The translations under genes were made by a program, and so were the position numbers. DNA of 20,000 nucleotides from an uncultured virus (IMG/VR IMGVR_UViG_3300014526_000001) (lineage: Duplodnaviria > Heunggongvirae > Uroviricota > Caudoviricetes): IMG/VR virus record IMGVR_UViG_3300014526_000001. The stretch is one strand, 5' to 3'. Under the pieces are notes generated by a model. It saw only the letters and a program-made list of their open reading frames with translations. It was not told the origin of the DNA and ran no database searches. Numbering within the stretch: position 1 is the first letter of the stretch; every line of letters starts with the position of its first letter. Shown in pieces: positions 1 to 10,364 of this stretch.

Positions 1-9
1 TATAACATC

Positions 10-52
10 AATTATCGGAATAATTAGATAATAAAGGGAATTTAATTCCCAC
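10..52. promoter_or_regulatory. Palindromic site GGGAATT-T-AATTCCC (core 36-50) within a ~43-bp repeated element, copy 1
   Basis: Perfect 7-bp inverted repeat in the context aaagggaatttaattcccac; aligns without gaps to 3208-3250 and 9740-9782. Confidence 0.6.
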
Positions 53-573
53 TATTGGATATATATTTTTAATATGAAATACTTCCTAATATATGTGAAG
101 TAGAATCGAAGCTTTCGTATCTAATGAAAGTGTCCATAAAAAATGTTACAAAAGGGTTTATCTATCTTCTAATAAGATGTCCCTATATAAGTTTAAATTA
201 AAACTGCCTTTAAAAAAGAATTTCCAGGCCATAGTTCTATGATTATGTTCATTGTAAAAATATTAACATCCTGACTATTGAAATTAAGAGCAATCGTTGC
301 TACTGTAATTCAATAGTTTGTTTAACTATCCTTGTAAAGAATATTTTATATTTTAATTTAAAAAGCCTTTAAAAATGATCAATAATATGACGAGTAGTAT
401 CCTTGTTTCAACATACAAAGGGTATAAAAATTAGAGACAGTATGTAAAGATTATTTATTAACCCAAATATGGGAGTTATTATAGTTTCTATCAGAGGAGA
501 TAGTAGTATCTTTTTTATAATTACCAATAAGGAACTCCTATAAGATAGGGGATTGATTTATATTCTCTTTTAC

Positions 574-1095
574 TTATTCAGCTTTATTGACAAATTGAAT
601 CTCAACCTTTGTTATACTTTCTCCCCAACCAGGTATTTCTTCCATAGTAGCGAAGACTGGATATAAACCATCACCAACACCACTGCGGAATGCAACTGCA
701 AATCCTTCATGACCTTTACTATATGCAATAGGGCCACCTTGTTTTTTGTTATCATTAGTAACATTACAAATCTTTTCATAAGTTGAATCAGTTTCTTTAT
801 CAAAGACGATTTTTTTACCAAGCGAAAGGGATTGCATATATGCATAACTAAGTATTTCATTAGCTAAATTTTCATCCTTTACTGCAGCTTTAATAATATG
901 ATTTTGGTAAGTAAAATGCAACTTCGGATACTTTAATAAAAGAAAATTATAAATTTCATGGTGAGCTTCGCCCCATAGCTTAACGCCGATTATATTGTCA
1001 TTATAGCCTTTCCACTGACTATTAATATAGCAGGGATCCATAATAATTAACTGACCTGAATCTACACCAACGTGACCTAATAATACTTTTTTCAT
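574..1095 (-). CDS. DUF4241-like hypothetical protein
   Basis: 173-aa ORF with a GGAGG RBS; motifs GVDSGQL..MDPCY and FRSGVGDGLYPVFA resemble DUF4241-type proteins. Confidence 0.7.
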   Translation of the reverse strand: MKKVLLGHVGVDSGQLIIMDPCYINSQWKGYNDNIIGVKLWGEAHHEIYNFLLLKYPKLHFTYQNHIIKAAVKDENLANEILSYAYMQSLSLGKKIVFDKETDSTYEKICNVTNDNKKQGGPIAYSKGHEGFAVAFRSGVGDGLYPVFATMEEIPGWGESITKVEIQFVNKAE

Positions 1096-3188
1096 AAATG
1101 TGCCTCCCGTATATATTTTATAATTTCTAGGTATTTATTAGTTGCATTGTTATAAAAAAATATTTTTCTTTGTTGACATACGAAATACCTCCAAAAGTAA
1201 GTATAGAATAGGCACTCATTAGTAGCACATAAATCAAATCAATATTTATATATTAAAGCACTATACATCCTTGAAACTTCATAAATTATCACCTGCATAA
1301 AATACAATTCCTAGTATAACCTAGATCAGATATTATTTGAAACCCTGTCTTCTATTTTTCGGAAGACAAAGTCAATTTAAGTAAGATACGGTTATTCGTT
1401 TATCAATGAACCTAAGTAAAAAAGAAGATATATGTTTTTCGTATATAAAGGTATAGAGATTTATGTTTGTTTTATCCATTTAAATATTTACAAAAAAATT
1501 TTCACTCCTGATGTATAAAATCATTCAAAATGGTTACTATAATAGTAAATAGATAACTTCTCACAAAACAAAGAAATTAGAGTTGTATTTGTATGTATAA
1601 ATGACTATCTTTTTTTAAGGTTGGATTCTAAAAAAGAATGGATAAATTATTATTTGGAAAAACCAGTACTAGTTTTATAGGATATAGATACTTTTAAGAA
1701 CTAATATTTTTTGATCCGTCATTAATGAAATATTTCACCAATAACAAGACCTTAGTTAAAAGCATCATCATTTAGTTGTAAACTTAATATAGATGAGAGG
1801 GTGGCATAGGATGTTGTTTTTTAGAGTAGGGGAGAACTGCGAAGATCTACAACAATATCGCTTTAAGTAACCCTTTATAGAATCTTTAAAAAATCTCGTT
1901 TATCAACGTTAACAGACAAATTATAAGTTTAGAATTTTGCATATGTATTCTGGTTTACTAAATTTTGTTCTTAAGAAGAAGGGCTTAAATTGGGAGTAGA
2001 CAATTTTTTAAATGCTGTTTTTGAAACAATTAGTATATAACAAGAATAGCCAAAACATTACTTCATAAATATTGTTCAAACTAAATTACAATCATTATTC
2101 TATATTTCTAATACAGAATCCAGAATTCCTTAAAAAGATTAAAATCTAATTAATAATAAAGAAGACATTCATTTTGCGTCCAGGGTGGAATGTAGTTTTA
2201 TTTTTTCATTTGCCATATCATAGGGGCTGAGCATAATGTCACTCTTATTAATTCTTACTAAAAACCTTATCGTTTAAAGAACCTGAGGAATTTTCAAACT
2301 ATCTATAATAGTAAAATCAACCTTATAAATCAAAGAGATTCATTTGTTTATGTGTCTAGAACATATTCAATGCCTAAAAAATCATAAGTTTTAAATATAA
2401 GACTAAAGCTTACTTGTTGTAACAAACATAATTTTGCAAGCATTAGTGATTAAAATTTCTCTTATTAAACTTTTACAATTCAATCGAAAATTTATAATTC
2501 CACTTCAAAATCTTTTAAATTAACAAAAATACGATTTAATGCATTGAACGTTGATAATTTTACGAATAGATACTACCTTATCTAATCTATTTGCTGCCTC
2601 AAAGAATTGGTTTCAGAAGTAATCTCTTTTTTAGTAAAATCTTAATAAAATTTAGTCTTCATTTTATGTGCTATTAAAATCCTCCTATTAATTTATGATT
2701 TAAAACGAGCTTACCTCCCCTTCTTATAAGTATAAAAAAACATTATTGTCTTGTTTAATAATTTTATATTTTGGAGATAATGATATTAGAAGAGTAATTA
2801 GAGTGGTATATACTAAAACAGCAATATATCTGAGAATGGCTTTTCGGTCAAATAAATTTCATAATGCAAAAGGAGCGTATAAGTACATTATTTGTACCAT
2901 ACTATATAAATAATGTAGTCATAGTTTAAAATCAAGTATAAGAATTTTTCATTGGCTATAGATATGTAAGAAGTGAGCCTGTTAATCTGTTTTTCTATTA
3001 ACTAGTCAGATATTCAATAAATTTAATGATTTCGGCGTAAGTTACGATTTATCTTGTTTTCATTACTCTTAAAATTGGATAAAGATTTATTGTAATTTCG
3101 TTTCAATAAGCTTTTCACATAAATTTTTTCTGACTCGCTATAACCGTCTGTATTTTAGATGTTTCGCGATTTTATATTTATAATTCTA

Positions 3189-3250
3189 GTGGGAAATTAA
3201 TTCCCTTAATTAATAGAATATTCAGTTATTAAAGGGAATTAATTTCCCAT
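3189..3250. promoter_or_regulatory. Two inverted copies of the GGGAA-N5-TTCCC site (cores 3191-3205 and 3234-3248)
   Basis: tgggaaattaattccctt (3190-3207) and aagggaattaatttccca (3232-3249) form a perfect 18-bp inverted repeat with a 24-bp spacer. Confidence 0.65.
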
Positions 3251-3391
3251 TTAAAGAATACTCCTAGCTATTATTCTTGTGCAATCTTAGTATAAATTTT
3301 TTTATTTCAATATCCTTCTAGCTAACCGGTTGGTTTTAACATATTGATTGCTCGTTGAAAAGAAGGAAACCTATACAGCATCAGGTAAACT

Positions 3392-3583
3392 TTATAAAAA
3401 TAGCATTAAACTATTTTTTCTAAATGATTTATAGACCACCCAAATCGTTAAAAAAAGAAACAACAAGTATAAAATCACAACAAAAGTAATACCAATAACA
3501 TTTCTTGGTACAAACTTCAAAGACCAAATAGCAGCCATAATAGTAGCAAAAACAAAACGATCTTTTTTTGTTTCTGCATCCAT
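3392..3583 (-). CDS. Small membrane protein, possibly a fragment
   Basis: MDAETKKDRFVFATIMAAIWSL...ITFVVILYLLFLFLTIWVVYK has two hydrophobic segments; no clear RBS. The longer start at 3697 overlaps the HTH fragment. Confidence 0.4.
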   Translation of the reverse strand: MDAETKKDRFVFATIMAAIWSLKFVPRNVIGITFVVILYLLFLFLTIWVVYKSFRKNSLMLFL

Positions 3584-3614
3584 TTTTTTAGACGCAATTG
3601 CTGGAGGGAGAGTA

Positions 3615-3809
3615 TTGCTGAAAAGATTTTTTAAAAATAAAAATGATGAGAAATGGCAAGGTGGAAATCCAAATGGTCGCCCTAAGTTAACCATCAATGA
3701 ATTAAAATTGCTGCATTTAAAAGATGCTGGGAAAAGTAATCGAGAAATTGCTCGATTACTAGGTGTTTCTGAAGCAACTATTAGGAGACCGTTGAAAGAA
3801 CTAAAATGA
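3615..3809 (+). pseudogene. C-terminal Hin/resolvase-type helix-turn-helix, likely a gene fragment
   Basis: GRPK followed by GKSNREIARLLGVSEATIRR, a typical HTH; no catalytic domain upstream. Confidence 0.6.
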
Positions 3810-3821
3810 CTGGATACTCTA

Positions 3822-3873
3822 TGTAGAAAACATATAGAAACGAATAAATGTTTGTATAGAAAACATGTAGAAA
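3822..3873. repeat. Four TRTAGAAA direct repeats on an 11-bp phase flanking a LexA-box-like 14-mer
   Basis: Units start at 3822, 3833, 3855 and 3866; CGAATAAATGTTTG lies at 3841-3854. Confidence 0.6.
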
Positions 3874-4070
3874 TGCACTTTTTTATGGGGACACCGAAAC
3901 ACTAGGTTCTGCCTAGCCTATCACCCCAAGTGATAGCAGATTTCCCTTATGCTCTTTCACTCCCTTTTAATTTTTCTTCCACCTTATATTACTCATCACT
4001 TTTTTCTTTAAGATTCAAGATAAGAAAGATCCTAATTTTACAAAGCAAAATAAAAAAAGGACACCTTTTA

Positions 4071-4271
4071 TCAGGTGTCTTTTCTCAGAAATTCCACGGC
4101 TACTAAATTAATCAAGAAACCAAAACCTAGCACAATGTATATATGTTTTGGCCAATCAAAGATAAATGTCAAAACCCCAAGCAATAAACATATCAAAACA
4201 ATCACTACATAATTTCGTAATCTACTTTGTTTCTTTTTCAAAAAGATAATAGATAATAAGCGCTCCCTCAT
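4071..4271 (-). CDS. Small two-TM membrane protein
   Basis: 66-aa ORF with a basic N-terminus and two hydrophobic stretches; AAGGGA RBS-like sequence upstream. Confidence 0.55.
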   Translation of the reverse strand: MRERLLSIIFLKKKQSRLRNYVVIVLICLLLGVLTFIFDWPKHIYIVLGFGFLINLVAVEFLRKDT

Positions 4272-4366
4272 CGTTTCATTCCCTTAGCTTACCTTCAAAT
4301 AAGAATTTATAGCATATACATTCATAAAGCCAATAACGTTCCCAAATGTAAGTTTGGAAACACATC

Positions 4367-4409
4367 GAAAAGCCATGAACATTGTTAAATCAACGTTTTA
4401 TGGCTTTTC
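4367..4409. repeat. 10-bp inverted repeat (gaaaagccat / atggcttttc) with a 23-bp spacer
   Basis: Seen directly; atgaacattgtt is also repeated at ~4376 and ~4420. Confidence 0.5.
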
Positions 4410-4574
4410 TTATGAACATATGAACATTGTTTATACATCTTTTTATACAAACAGCGTAAACGTTGGTATAACAGTTACTTGTTTGTTTTGTTTTTCGTTT
4501 TGCATAAAATCGTGTATATTTCATATGACAAATGTGGCTATTTCTTATTAGTACTGATTGATCTAAAATTGCAG

Positions 4575-4855
4575 CTATACACTCATATCCTCTTTCCTCG
4601 GTGCTTTCTCTAAAAGCCGAATAACTCTTTCGTATCGCTTACCTATCTCTTCAAACTCTTCTCGAAAAACTTTTGTGACCAAAAATGGCGCCAATGTTTT
4701 CCCTACAGCCACAATATCACCTGGTTGAAGATATTGACATCACGTAAATGTTTAGGATTATGCCAAGTATAGGGTTTAGGATATAGTTTCAATATGTCAC
4801 TATCTTTTTTACTTTTGATATGAAATCCTGAAAGTGTATTATCATTTTTAGTCAT
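4575..4855 (-). pseudogene. Frameshifted DUF5839-like protein
   Basis: RBS AAAGAGG then MTKNDNTLSGFHIKSKKDSDILKLYPKPYTWHNPKHLRDVNI, a frameshift near 4730, then QPGDIVAVGKTLAPFLVTKVFREEFEEIGKRYERVIRLLEKAP. Length 281 bp is not a multiple of 3. Confidence 0.7.
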
Positions 4856-4956
4856 ACATAATTCCTCTTTTGATTAAAGTCTCGAAATTCATTTTAAAAA
4901 CTTCATGAGAGACGTAAAAACTTTTATATATACCCTCCAAGATATTTTTTCTACTA

Positions 4957-5349
4957 TTATTTACTATCCAATTTAATAGTTTCCGTTTTCCCGTCCCACT
5001 CTAATGTTGCTTTGATTTTATCATTTTCAGTTGTGTAAACTTTACAGCCAGTACATTCGACATTACCTATGTGTACATTGTCTTTTTGGTTAAAAGTGTC
5101 TTCAGCAATACCAATATTCAACGCTGTACTCTCTATTTTATATACAAATACTTCAGGTGCAGGTTCTTTTCCAATATATTTAAATATATATTCTCCAAAT
5201 TCTCTTTCTTTAGTAACTTCAGTGTTGTACGTAACACTCCAATTGTCACTTTCTCCATAAAAATTATATTTTTTACTATTATCTAGACAAGCGCTTAAAA
5301 TCAAGATTACAAAAAGAAATATAGCACCTAAGATTTTATATCTTTTCAC
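4957..5349 (-). CDS. Lipoprotein of unknown function
   Basis: GTG start with AGGAGG RBS; signal peptide ending in lipobox LSAC; 130 aa. Confidence 0.85.
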   Translation of the reverse strand: MKRYKILGAIFLFVILILSACLDNSKKYNFYGESDNWSVTYNTEVTKEREFGEYIFKYIGKEPAPEVFVYKIESTALNIGIAEDTFNQKDNVHIGNVECTGCKVYTTENDKIKATLEWDGKTETIKLDSK

Positions 5350-5448
5350 TATTTACCTCCTTAATTCCAAAAAATACAAATTATATATTTATTTCCCTTG
5401 TTTTTTAGTATATCATTATGGTAATAAATAGAAAAGGAGAAAGATATT

Positions 5449-6015
5449 TTGAAAATAAAACATATTTTGGCGATTTTTATTACCCTAATTGGACTGACTT
5501 ATTTTACATCACAAGAGGCTTCTGCAAATACTCTTGACACAAGTGATACTTCTGCAGACATTATTGACACAAGTGATAAATTTTTCTCTAAGATAAAAAT
5601 ATTTGATGCAAATGGTGAGCACATTTCTTATACAACCGAAGAATTACAACAAATGTTCACATTTATCCCTTATGATTCTACTGCTAAAAAAGATTTGAAT
5701 TTAATAATTCCATTTGCAAGTACTTATAACTCTAAGGCATTCAGCTTCAAAAGTAATATCTGGCTCAATGGTGGAATTGGATTTTATAATCCTACTAATA
5801 TCACAATAACTCCAGCAGGATCAAAAGCTTTTTCATTTTTTATCTATAATAAGGATCATGGAACAGAAGTATTCAGATTAGATGTCCCTGAAGGTTTGGT
5901 GGGCGGATTCCATTATGGATTAAGTCATTATGCAAGAGGATACGATTATAGTTTTAAATTTGAAAACTTCTTTTCAGGTACAGTATATATGACTAATGTT
6001 GCTGTTACTTATTAG
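5449..6015 (+). CDS. Secreted protein of unknown function
   Basis: TTG start with AAGGAG RBS; Sec signal peptide ending ASA; terminator follows. Confidence 0.85.
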   Translation: MKIKHILAIFITLIGLTYFTSQEASANTLDTSDTSADIIDTSDKFFSKIKIFDANGEHISYTTEELQQMFTFIPYDSTAKKDLNLIIPFASTYNSKAFSFKSNIWLNGGIGFYNPTNITITPAGSKAFSFFIYNKDHGTEVFRLDVPEGLVGGFHYGLSHYARGYDYSFKFENFFSGTVYMTNVAVTY

Positions 6016-6037
6016 TAAATATAATGGATTAACTCTT

Positions 6038-6067
6038 GGCTAGCTTAAGCTAGCCTTTTTTGTTTTT
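6038..6067 (+). terminator. Rho-independent terminator
   Basis: ggctagc-ttaa-gctagcc followed by a T-tract, just after the stop at 6015. Confidence 0.85.
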
Positions 6068-6231
6068 AATATCGAACAAATGATAATAAATATAGCTGCT
6101 TGATATTTATTTTTTTGAAAGTGAAGGAACGCTTTTTATGCTTGCTATACTTATAATTAAGTGCTTTGCATAAAGATTTAAAAATAAGCATAGCAAACTA
6201 GAGGTATGATTTTTCATCATTCTTCATTTGA

Positions 6232-6433
6232 TTAAAGATCACGTAACTTGGCCAAGATTCTCTCACGTTCTTGTGCAAAATAGGCATTCTTTTCTTCGGT
6301 TACTTCTTCTTCTGGCTCATGACGCGTCGCAAACCACGCTGGAACTACTTCTACTTTTCTAGATTTCTCTTTTTCTGACCCTGTAGATGCATTCGAAACC
6401 GTTAAATCGTTGATTTTGTTGCGAATAATAGCA
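6232..6433 (-). pseudogene. 3' remnant of a Rep/DnaB-C-like or HTH replication-type protein, copy 1
   Basis: Translates as AIIRNKINDLTVS...KVEVVPAWFATRHEPEEEVTEEKNAYFAQERERILAKLRDL*; no start codon; homologous to 7619-7810. Confidence 0.6.
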
Positions 6434-6532
6434 CTTCACTCTTAATCCTGCACGTTGTACTTAGCCTTTTAACACATTACATGAAAAAAAACGATTTGTT
6501 CACAATAGGCGGCTCTTTTTTATCAAACAACA

Positions 6533-6561
6533 TTTACTTATATAACACTTTAATGTATTAT
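6533..6561 (+). promoter_or_regulatory. Putative sigmaA promoter
   Basis: TTTACT-17 bp-TATTAT upstream of RBS GGAGG (6571-6575) and ATG 6585. Confidence 0.45.
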
Positions 6562-6584
6562 ATTGGAATAGGAGGTATATTAAT

Positions 6585-7268
6585 ATGAATTTGAAAAAAT
6601 TATACAAAACTCAATTTAGTAATAAAAAAATTACAATCATGGCTTTACTTTTATCAATTTTACTATTCGGAATGGCTAATAAAACAGCATTTGCAGCCTC
6701 AGAAGAATTAACATTGGTACAAAAACAATCATACTACGAACAATATGAAACTATTATTGAAGAAGCAAAAGTAAAATACCCAGAAGCTGCTTTATCCCTT
6801 AAACCTTTTGAAGATTTTAAAACTGAGGAATGGGTAGAAGCTGCGGAATTTGCGGAAATTGTAGAAGATATGGTTAATGCTGAATTTGTGATAGATATGG
6901 GTAATAACGACTTTGTTGCAGATCAGCCAAAACTTGGAATTATGCCTTTGTCTTCTCATGGGACAGTTATACCTACCAAAAACGTAACTACAAAGATTAA
7001 TGACTCAGATGTTACAATATGGGTTACAGGTTCTTTTAATACAACACTTTCTGGAGGGGTACAGAAATTTGACGGTACAATTAATTCTGTAGTATCTTCT
7101 TCTAACAAAGGACATTGGACACAAACAGGATACAGTCCAACATTAAAAAATAGTAATAAAACATGGAGCATCGAAGTTACTGGAAAATGGGAGTACGGTG
7201 GAGCTCAACAAGGTGTTAAAAATGTAACTATACAATTTACTATTAGTTCAACTGGAGTTGTTAGTTAA
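6585..7268 (+). CDS. Secreted protein of unknown function
   Basis: 227 aa; signal peptide ending AFA; acidic helical N-half and beta-rich C-half. Confidence 0.85.
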   Translation: MNLKKLYKTQFSNKKITIMALLLSILLFGMANKTAFAASEELTLVQKQSYYEQYETIIEEAKVKYPEAALSLKPFEDFKTEEWVEAAEFAEIVEDMVNAEFVIDMGNNDFVADQPKLGIMPLSSHGTVIPTKNVTTKINDSDVTIWVTGSFNTTLSGGVQKFDGTINSVVSSSNKGHWTQTGYSPTLKNSNKTWSIEVTGKWEYGGAQQGVKNVTIQFTISSTGVVS

Positions 7269-7312
7269 TTTTAAGTAAATGAGAAAAGAGAGTAGCTTTA
7301 GTTAATCTCTTT

Positions 7313-7563
7313 AGACTATAGACAAAAGCTATCGCGAAGTTCACTCTCGATGGCTTTTGTCATTTTTCTTCTATGTCATTTTTAATATTTGGTAATATAC
7401 TATCAAATACAACATACTCTTCGAAAATAGATACTCTGCTCTGGACAATTTTTTAAAACCTATTAAGGTTGTTCATCGCATACCTTGCTTTTCCTTTGCA
7501 TAGATTTGTTTAATGTTATAGGAATGGCGTAAATGTTCAGCTTCCTCTACATACGTTTCCAAA
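7313..7563 (-). mobile_element. Degenerate IS1182-family remnant (transposase C-terminus plus IS end)
   Basis: Minus strand reads ETYVEEAEHLRHSYNIKQIYAK/EKQGMR*TTLIGFKKLS, matching the IS1182 C-terminal pattern with the RKETIERVFAD segment deleted. End-like agactatagacaaa at 7313; internal hairpin at 7321-7361. Confidence 0.75.
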
Positions 7564-7618
7564 ATATTTAAATGAGCACAACAAACTAGAGGTATGTTTT
7601 TTTCCATTCCTCTTTTGA

Positions 7619-7810
7619 TTAGAGATCCCGTAACTTAGCTAATATTTGCTCACGCTCTTGAGCAAAATAGGCTTTCTTTTCTTCTGTTAATTCTTCTTCT
7701 TGCTCATGACGAGTCGCAAACCATGCCGGTACTATTTCTACTTTTCTAGATTTCTCTTTTTCTGGCGCTACAGAAACCGTTAAATCGTTGATTTATTGCG
7801 AATAATGGCA
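7619..7810 (-). pseudogene. 3' remnant of a Rep/DnaB-C-like or HTH replication-type protein, copy 2
   Basis: INDLTVSVAPEKEKSRKVEIVPAWFATRHEQEEELTEEKKAYFAQEREQILAKLRDL*, with a frameshift near 7793. Confidence 0.6.
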
Positions 7811-9728
7811 TTATACACCATATAGAACTTATTTTTTATATTTTATTCCGAGACTAAAAAGAACATTTAGATGAAAATGTGTATTTTTTGAATCCTACCA
7901 AAAAGCCGATATTTCTAATTTAAATTACTCATTTTACTTCTAGTCCTTAATTATTAAAGATTTTTTTAAGAATTTCTTTGACCTGAGTAAACCTTGTATT
8001 TATATTTTAATTTTGGGTACTCGACTTAAATATTAATTAATGAAATATTTTTTCTTAATACATTTTTTTACCTCTATACATATTTAAAATTTAAGCAGGA
8101 AGGCTGATTTACATAATTAGTGTTTGCAACAACGGTGCCTATGAAAGCCCCCTACTCCCATTTTAAAAAACTCATTACCCCTCTTCATTTAATACCCTGA
8201 AGCGTTTTATCCATGGAACTTCATGAAAATTGCATGTGGTTCTGAAATAATCGAAATTAATAAGTTTAGACTTATATAAATTAGAAAATAATACGATTTT
8301 CTAATTCTCTTTCAAAAAAAGTGATTTTTTGCCTTTTTGAAATACGTAACTCTAATCTTTTAAACAAAACGATATAATCAAGTGATTCCTTTTCTTGAAC
8401 AATAATGTTTCATATTAATAGCTAAGTTCCTCTATTTTGTAGATATAAATAGCAATAATATAATCAAACAATTTCATAAATGTGAGCAATAATCAACATT
8501 ATAAACTTCTTTGACCACCTTCTTAGTCAGTAATTTTCAGGCAATCAAGTGCTAAAGATTTGCAATGATATCCAAATAAAAATATTACTTCAGTATGGTC
8601 TAATACTTCAAAAAGTATAAAGCTGTTAGAATTCTTATAACTATTCATTTTTAAATATCACTTAACTTCACTCTAAGAAAGAATATCCATTATATATTTC
8701 AATTCTATTTTGATCGATTAGATTTATTAACTTATCTAAATAAATCTGGATGCTATTTCAATTGTAATTGCTATGTTGTTCATAGAATAAACAATTACTT
8801 AATATGGTGCTTACCTAGTATCCTCCTGTCACTAAGAATTTTTTTATACCAAATTGATTCCTAATAGTAATTCTTTAGATTTTTAAATATCACTTTTTTT
8901 CTAACGAGTTATAAAACCCCTCCCCTATTGCTGCCATTTCAGATAACTCTTTCATTATGAATTTTATATGCATCACTAAAAAATTTATAAGGATAATCGT
9001 TTGAAATTTTGTTAAATGATTTATGATGAATTCTATTTTTTAAAAACCTAGGAAACTTTCTGGTACATTTTTATAACATACTAGTTAAACATGCCGTATG
9101 GTGAAATTTAGCAATAATCCAATAAGATGCTATTTATTACATCCACTATTTGAGCATTAATACGTTATTGATAAGTAACCTCTTAATATCATTACAATAA
9201 ATTAGAGATCGGTTCATATTTAATGCTTCTACCACTTCTAGAGTTGTTACTCCTCTTGTGAAACATATCGTTATTACAATCGCTAATATTTTAAAGTGAA
9301 GGTTTTGCTCAATTTATATTTATGAACTAGTTTTTACACATGAAATTTTGAAAAAAGCTACTTACTAATGCTCGCTGGTTTATCAGCTTTTTTTCATTGC
9401 AATTCAAAGCTATATTCTTTATATCTTAGTTTCAGACAAATACCGAATTATTCGTTCTATGTTTCTTTATTACAAATAAATTTTACTGGAGGATACTAAA
9501 CGATTTAGCAGATGTTAATTTTAGAGTTGTATAAATGAGTCGTAAATATTTGAACTACGTTTAATACAACAATAAGTAAGCTTTAATATTGTAAGTAACT
9601 TTAATTTAAAATTTAGATTCATTGTTTTAACTTTAACAAAAATAAGTAGTCCCCTCTTATACTGTCATTAAAACCAGATAGTTTATTTACAGATGATTCA
9701 AAATAAGAAAGAACAAATAGTTATACGT

Positions 9729-9782
9729 TAATATTTCTGAATATTCTGAAATATTAGTATTCAAAGGGAATTAAATTCCCAC
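9729..9782. promoter_or_regulatory. Near-perfect 28-bp palindrome (9729-9756) plus GGGAA-N5-TTCCC site copy 4 (core 9766-9780)
   Basis: taatatttc-t-gaatattc-t-gaaatatta then aaagggaattaaattcccac, ~70 bp upstream of the first gene of the structural module. Confidence 0.6.
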
Positions 9783-9854
9783 CCGTATTTTGTCAGATTG
9801 AAGAATATAGGTATTTTTTATAGTAATAGGGTTTTTAAAGGGAGGGCGTCTGAA

Positions 9855-10121
9855 GTGAGCACAGTTATCGTAAATGGGTTCGTTACAACAGAGGGAAAAG
9901 TTGTAGTTACCAATAAGATCGAAACAGATCAGAATGGAAAGCAGTTCATTGTAACAGAAGGAGTATACAAAACGGATATATATATTGAAGAAATTGAGTC
10001 AATAGAAACTAAATATTTCGCACTACATGAAGTTTTTGTTGTCGAAGAGAAGTTTTCATCCGAGACAAATGAGATTTGTTATAAATTTTTTGCAAGAGAA
10101 TTAGAGAGACTTGAGTGTTAA
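9855..10121 (+). CDS. Hypothetical phage protein (88 aa)
   Basis: GTG at 9855 follows GGGAGGG, a better start than TTG 9798. Confidence 0.75.
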   Translation: MSTVIVNGFVTTEGKVVVTNKIETDQNGKQFIVTEGVYKTDIYIEEIESIETKYFALHEVFVVEEKFSSETNEICYKFFARELERLEC

Positions 10122-10364
10122 GGTGGACAACATAAATTTAAACGTCGTTGGTCCCCTTTTCTTAAAAATACAATGGAAAAGTGATTATTAAATTAGCAGT
10201 GAAGTAAAAAAGAGAAGAAAATTCATTAGATTGGGGACTATTCTAACGATCCAGTTACAATTGTTTGAAAAATATTAAACTGCATAAAAAGAAAAGTCCA
10301 CCATCGATTCAATACAAGCTAAATATGGTAAGAGAAATTTTGAAAAACATCGGAGGGAACTGTT

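Noticed and set aside
4354..4551. 65-aa + strand ORF
   Set aside because: No RBS, runs through inverted and direct repeats, and has an unnatural composition.
33..9782. GGGAA-N5-TTCCC repeats as a CRISPR array
   Set aside because: Copies are kilobases apart or inverted, with no regular spacers and no cas genes.
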